Part shown: one piece after another, positions 58,411 to 64,000 of the stretch
How the letters are laid out: every line of letters begins with the position of its first letter
How positions within the stretch are numbered: the stretch's first letter is position 1
Made by a program: the position numbers and the translations under genes
Notes under the pieces: model-generated
Seen by the model: the letters and a program-made list of their open reading frames with translations, nothing else
What the model was told of the DNA's origin: nothing
Database searches by the model: none
Origin: Chlorokybus atmophyticus
Taxonomy: Eukaryota > Plantae > Mesostigma and Chlorokybus algae
Direction: 5' to 3'
DNA: 64,000 nucleotides
Assembly (NCBI GenBank): GCA_009103225.1
Contig: RHPI01000277.1
Coordinates: 456,074 to 520,073 of the forward strand

Positions 58411-60355
58411 TTAAAAGCCCGGCCGACTTGCCAGAAGTGGCTCACGTGCAGTTTCGCGGTTGGCTTTGCGTTTGGCTGCAGCACAGACAGATGCAGCGGT
58501 GTTGGTGTCGTTCACTTCATGGTTGTGATGCATGTGCATGCACAGCTGAGTCGCTTGAGCTTCTTACCGATGAAAGCAGTACAAGCAAGAGATATAAGCG
58601 AGGCACCGGCGAAGATGAAGTTGACGCCAATCAGCATGCCAATCGCCCACGCAGCGCTGCTTGGCCACTGTCACAAACATGGCGTTACCGAGTTGAAATG
58701 GCGCCAACCAGATGTAGACTGGTCAACAAGCATCTTACCAAACCCAGCAGGTGATGCAATCTGTAACTAGAATAACATGGACTGACACAGAAACTTGTGG
58801 CGTACAATTTTTTGGGTGTGTCCAGAGCATAGCCATAAGACCATGCACAACATACCTGAGAAATGATGAGAAGGCCAAGGGCAGCGGAGACAAGGCCGCT
58901 AGCGGTGAGAGCTGGCCACATGGTGAGGCTCCTCATGTATGTGGACATCCAAACCATAGCGGCGCCATCCACAATAAACCAGATGCCAAGTAGCAGCGTG
59001 AGGGAAACAACACCAGACACCGGCCAAAGCAGCAACCAAAAGCCCACTGCAGTCGCAATAGCCTCCATTAGAATACTCCAAAAACATTCATGATCGATTC
59101 AGTCTGCATGCTGCTGATGACTAATGCAAACTGACAAGTTGCAAGGTGAGACGTTTTTAGCAAACTTGTTCTCACCAAAGAGCTGCAGTGCGGCGCGAAG
59201 GAAGTTAGTAAACCAGCCTGGATGCCCACAGATCTGCATGGCGTGCACAAGCGTCACTCCACCTGCGCGACAGTGCCCACAAACAAGGAGAAAGCTCAGT
59301 GCAAGCTTACGGGTGGAGTGCTAGCTACACTGTTACACGAAAGCACGGAAGCATGTACTGTCCGCACATCATGCTGTGAGCATGCACAATGATGCCATGT
59401 TTCAAAGATGCACGCGAGCTAAGTACTCACCTGTGATAAGCAGGATCACTGCTATTATTTGCTCAAAAGCCAGTGAGAACCAGAACGGTGCTGCCATGGC
59501 AAAACCACCAAGGACACTGTGCGAGAGAAGACAGATCTTGGTGTAAGCATGCTTGATAGCAGGCTGATGATGGGCCAAATCCAATAGCACGACTCTTACG
59601 CGCAGAGCGACTTACAAACTTACCAGTAAGCAATGCCGAGCACAAGAAACCATGCCGCAAACCTGTCCAGCTCTTCGCCACTTGGACATTGCGTAGGGAA
59701 CAGCGCCTGCACGCCATTGTGCAAAGTCATTCATCAAGTCACACATGAATGTGCATGCAACATTAACGCGACAGCCGCTGTTGCTTGCTCCCAGGTAAGT
59801 ATGATAGACTGTATATGCGCCAAGCATGCACGAAGTCGATGCATGCACAGCCTGCTGCACAACATTCTTGCATGCAAAGGGCAGCAGCTTGACTCGCACA
59901 TGGGAAAGGGACGTGCCTTCCTGCAACCGACAGCAGACCGCACGCATGCACACAGAAAGTGACAGCTAGAGGCCTAGCCAATGCAACAACACATGCAAAA
60001 CACCAATTCACGGTTTCACCTGCTAGTATGGTAAGCCATTCAAGGCTGAGTGAGTCCAATCAACGTAGATGGGCCTTACCGGGGATCCGCCGGAGAAGGT
60101 AGCAAAGCTCCAGGGCGACACGAGCGGAGGGCTGGCAAGTTCCTCTATTCTACGGGCGGCGGCTGAGACCTCGGGAGGGACGCCGGCAGGGGCGGCGGCG
60201 TAGGTGGCCGGGGGCACATAGGCTCCTTCCTCCTCAGGGGGAGGCAGGTATGGGCGCTCGTTGCCCGCGCCCGGCAGAGGCCCCTCGCGAGGCTTGGACG
60301 ACGTCGGCGGGGGCGAAGGTGGCGGTGTCGGCGTCCGCGGCGGCGGCGACGCCAT
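58411..60355 (-). CDS. HdeD/DUF308-family membrane protein with Pro-rich N-terminal extension, ~7 exons
   Basis: Spliced frame AWFLVLGIAYCVLGGFAMAAPF...GFWLLLWPVSGVVSLTLLLGIWFIVDG...SGLVSAALGLLIISQ|WPSSAAWAIGMLIGVNFIFAG; canonical GT-AG sites. Confidence 0.85.
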
Positions 60356-61990
60356 GCTTGCTCACCACTTCGACAAGCACACCTGCATGCCTGCCCTCCT
60401 TCACCACACAGTATCTCATGCCAAATACTTGATGCTGTCGCGATACCCAGTAAGTAACCGAGTCACGGTAGGGTTTCAGGCTCAAGGTACTTTGTTTGTG
60501 GAGGTCCCAACCCGAAACGCACGTTAGGGGCCGCGTAAATTTTGCTGCTAGCAGCAATCTGTGGGTAAAGCTAGGCAGGCGGAGGTGAAGGCGGCGGAGG
60601 TAGAGGCGGGGGCGAAGGAGGAGCACAGCTGGTAGTTGGGGTGGGTGTTCTCGGGGGCAGAGAAGGAGGCGAGGGTGTTGAAAAACAGAGAAGAAGGGGT
60701 GTCTTGGAAAAATAGGGTTAGTGTGCCAAGTGGGTGTGCTTGGGTCTGGCTGGCGCTGTGATCTACTGCTTGCGCAGCTGGTGAAAGCCTCCCTTAGCCA
60801 ACGCTGGGATATGTTCTGTAAGTTGTTGCTGCTCCTGCTGCGGTTGCTGCCAGGAGAGCTGCTTGCTTGAGGGTGTCCAGGTGGGATGCGGTTGTAGTCC
60901 GCTGCCGGTGTCGTCAAGTTCGCATAATACACTGGAATTGTGTGAATGCAAGCAAGCTCTGAGCGTGCTCTGAGGGCTGCTTCCATTGCTAGCGTCGATC
61001 TCATGCCCCCGGCTGCTTGGCAGCCTTGTTTTGTGCGCAATGATCTGCTTACTGAGGGTGGAAACTGCTTTCCCGTCTGTTTCTCTGAAACGACAAGTCG
61101 CAAGCACCTTGTGCACTTGTGGGAAGGAGTACCAGATTCACTGCATGTACTCGCTGCCTCGGTTGTCTGCTTACCTTGTCCCCCTTGCTGCAGCAGTAAG
61201 CTGGTTCTGGTCGTGAGGTTGTTAGCTGAGTGCTGTGTTTTTGATGTGATATTGCTAGGAAGACTTTGCCGATGAGAGAGAATACCTTGCAAGTGGGTCA
61301 GCGTTTAACAAGCTGGCCTACTGTGACAGCCCTGGCTGACTGTAGCTCCTTCCCAGACTGTCCTCCAGTGGTCTTGACGTAATGCACTGCAAGCAAGTCC
61401 CCCTACAGTTTGTAACGAAAGATAAAGCAAACAAAGTCTGTCGTCTGACTCAGCTGTTGCATTGCCGGCAGCTGTAGCGCAGCTTTGCATTGACCAGCAT
61501 GGCTAGTACGACGGTGGCGCGGCATCCCGTACCCGCGGCGCAACCGCAGCCAAGCTGGCAGGGTGAAGCCCGCCCCAGCAACGCTGCCACATGGGATATG
61601 CTACTCCACTCCGCTCCATCTGCCCAGACGCAAAAATGGTACGCTAACACATGGGCAAGCCCAGCTTAATCGTTTAGAGCCATGCCTACATGTGTTGCAA
61701 CGTTTGAGGTGTGAAGTATGGTTGTACTGCCTTTATTGACGCAAGTCTGGTGTGTTGTTATGCTGCTTAGAGAATGGTGGTGACATGTAAGGAAACAGTG
61801 TTTCTGACTTGTTGCGCTTTGGGAGACAGCTACTGTGCCGTTCTTACTGGAACAGTTATTGTGTCATGGCTTACGTTGGTTGTACAACATGGTGTGCAAT
61901 GCAACCTGGCCAATCTTTTTATTACTCGCGTCAACTGCCACACGCAGCATTGCACACGAAGAAGATGTTTGCCACCACCTGGAGCCAGCT

Positions 61991-63030
61991 ATGCCTCCTA
62001 CTGGCCAGGACAATGACAACGACCAGTCAGATTGTGGAGAAGATTGCTTTGATGGCTGTGCCCATGATGGTGGTTGCAACCAGGTGCCATGCCGATGCAG
62101 GTTGTTGTTGCAGCGTACTCCAGTGTGCTGTTGTTTGTGTGCTCAAGGCAGTGTACATGTTATAGGATCCGCACGCTGGACCCTTGCGGCACACAAGGAA
62201 GTCGAAGGGCAACCGCGAGGCCGTACGCAAGTACCGGGAGCGCAAGAAGGTGCAGCTCAAGCAGCTTGAGGAGGAGGTCGTGCGGCTGCGCAGCCTCAAT
62301 GGCGTGCTGATGAGACGTCTGCACTGCCAGGTGTGTGGCAAGGATATCTGCACCATGTGTTGGACACATTATCAGCGGTGTTAGAATTACCCAACCATTG
62401 AACCAACATCCCGTGAAGCTTGTTATAACGGGGTCCTCAAGTTGCGTTCCTCATCGTTGTTCAGTGTTTGATGCACCTTGCTCGATAGGTTGCGTTGGAG
62501 CAGGAAGTAGTGAAACTACGCTCCGTGATGGCCGACATAAAAACGCGCCTAGACACAGACGCTTTGCCGCCTCCGGTCGTGACGCCAGGCCTTGCAGCGG
62601 CCCAGTCCACACATGACGGTCACGCAGCCCACGCGACAGCTGCCGTGCAGCGGCCCGGCGAGTACACTACCTGGCTGGCGGCAGCCTCCGTTCAAGGGGC
62701 GACTATGCCAGGCCCCTTCCCACAAGCGGTCCAGGAGTACACCAAGTCCATGCCTCCAAGGCGGCAGCAAGCGCAGGTCTTCACCCAGCCGCAGCAGCAG
62801 GTATGCCCTGCGTTGCTGAGCGAGTGTCATGTCACCAATGTGTCTAAAGCAACGCTACGCCACCAGCACTTGTGACACTGTAGACCTGACCGCTCTTGCT
62901 TGCACAGACCATGCCCAAACGGCCAAGTTGCGCGCTTGGCGGGGATTGTGCAATGAGCGGGGAGAACGGGCAAGCCTGTTGCGGGTCCTGCATGCTGACC
63001 GACAGCATGCCGGGAATGGTTCGTCACTAA
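61991..63030 (+). CDS. Group-F bZIP transcription factor (bZIP19/23/24-like); start uncertain
   Basis: GNREAVRKYRERKK..LEEEVVRLRSLNGVLMRRLHCQ|VALEQEVVKLRSVMADIKTRLD; Cys/His-rich N-terminus and Cys-rich last exon. Confidence 0.88.
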
Positions 63031-64000
63031 CTATGCTGCGGTGGCAATGTTGCTTTAGTAGGTATAGTGCTGAGCCCACCTCGGGCTGCGTTGTAGGTAT
63101 GCTTGTTTTCTGCGTGCTTTTAGCATGTGGTATACTCAGCTTTGACGTTAAAGCTAAGTTTGCGTAGTGGTTTGCACCGAAAACTCATAAACCTGTACAA
63201 AATCTTGTGCTCCTGTTAGTAATTGTTGTATGTGACAGTTGCGTCATATCATGTTGAGTTATGGGATCAATACTTGAACATATGGCAGAGACATGTTAAT
63301 CTAGGTACGGCAATCGAAAGGCCCTGTAACATTTTGTATGTCTTTCTAGACGCCCTCATGCTAAGAGCTTGATTACTTGCTCAAGTGTCCTGCATGATTG
63401 TACTTGGGTATGCGCGCACGGCTATACTTGGCAGAAATGCATCCATAGTGTCAACATGTACTTTTGTGGCGCAAGGCAAAGGGTCACGTGTAGGGGTGCA
63501 TTTTGCTTTTCAGCTTTACCATTACACGGCCATTGCCTTCTGCGCGTTTTCAGTTACTATTTTTGTAGCGTTAGTACACATGGTGGGCAGCATGCGCTCC
63601 CCTATCGTATAGGCATGCAACATGCTGTTTTGCACTGCAAACCGCTCCCTATGCAGCAACACTCATAGATTTTAAAAAGCACGTGCAAGGATCCAGGTCA
63701 CGTCCATGCCTAACACACCAACAGCGCACTAAGTCTCACAGGCTACACCGCTCACGACACCGCCGCGAGGACAGCGTCCGCCGTCGGTGGCATCGCCTGC
63801 AACGGGGCCAGCCCGGCACCGCCGCCGCCCACGCTCCAGCCCCTGCGCCCGCTGCAGAGCACACGCCACCCGCTGTCGGTACAGGGCGACGAAGCCGCTT
63901 AAACGGCCCAGGACCAGGCCATGCGTGTAGACCGCTGCCTAGCGCACCCCCCCTATGACACAACCAACACATGAGTACACATGAGCACAGCATGTAGTCA

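Noticed and set aside
60234-61292. 352-aa minus-strand ORF
   Set aside because: It overlaps HdeD exon 1 in another frame, has no motif, and has low-complexity composition.

Overview
Eukaryotic nuclear DNA with short spliceosomal introns and one assembly gap. A QLQ+WRC growth-regulating factor and a group-F bZIP suggest a streptophyte, probably an early-diverging alga (inference). Host genes: GRF, a PP2C phosphatase, a conserved SSAP-like protein, a secreted NIDO/PKD-like protein, an intron-rich HdeD/DUF308 membrane protein with an inverted decayed copy, and an F-bZIP. A young, intact Ty1/copia element occupies 1-4810. The centre (~20.5-48.3 kb) is a three-tier nest of mobile DNA. The outer tier is a Plavaka-type transposase cluster whose neighbours are chromatin/ubiquitin enzymes: a Cys-rich Zn finger-Tudor-prokaryote/phage-type C5 DNA methyltransferase fusion, a RING protein and an OTU deubiquitinase. 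The OTU gene is split by a 16.6-kb CACTA/EnSpm element with defined ends (CACA...TGTG, CCA target duplication). That element carries a SET-domain gene and palindromic 57-bp intronic repeats, and itself holds a copia solo LTR. Most element genes carry single-base nonsense changes. All domain calls come from motif recognition by eye; no searches were run.
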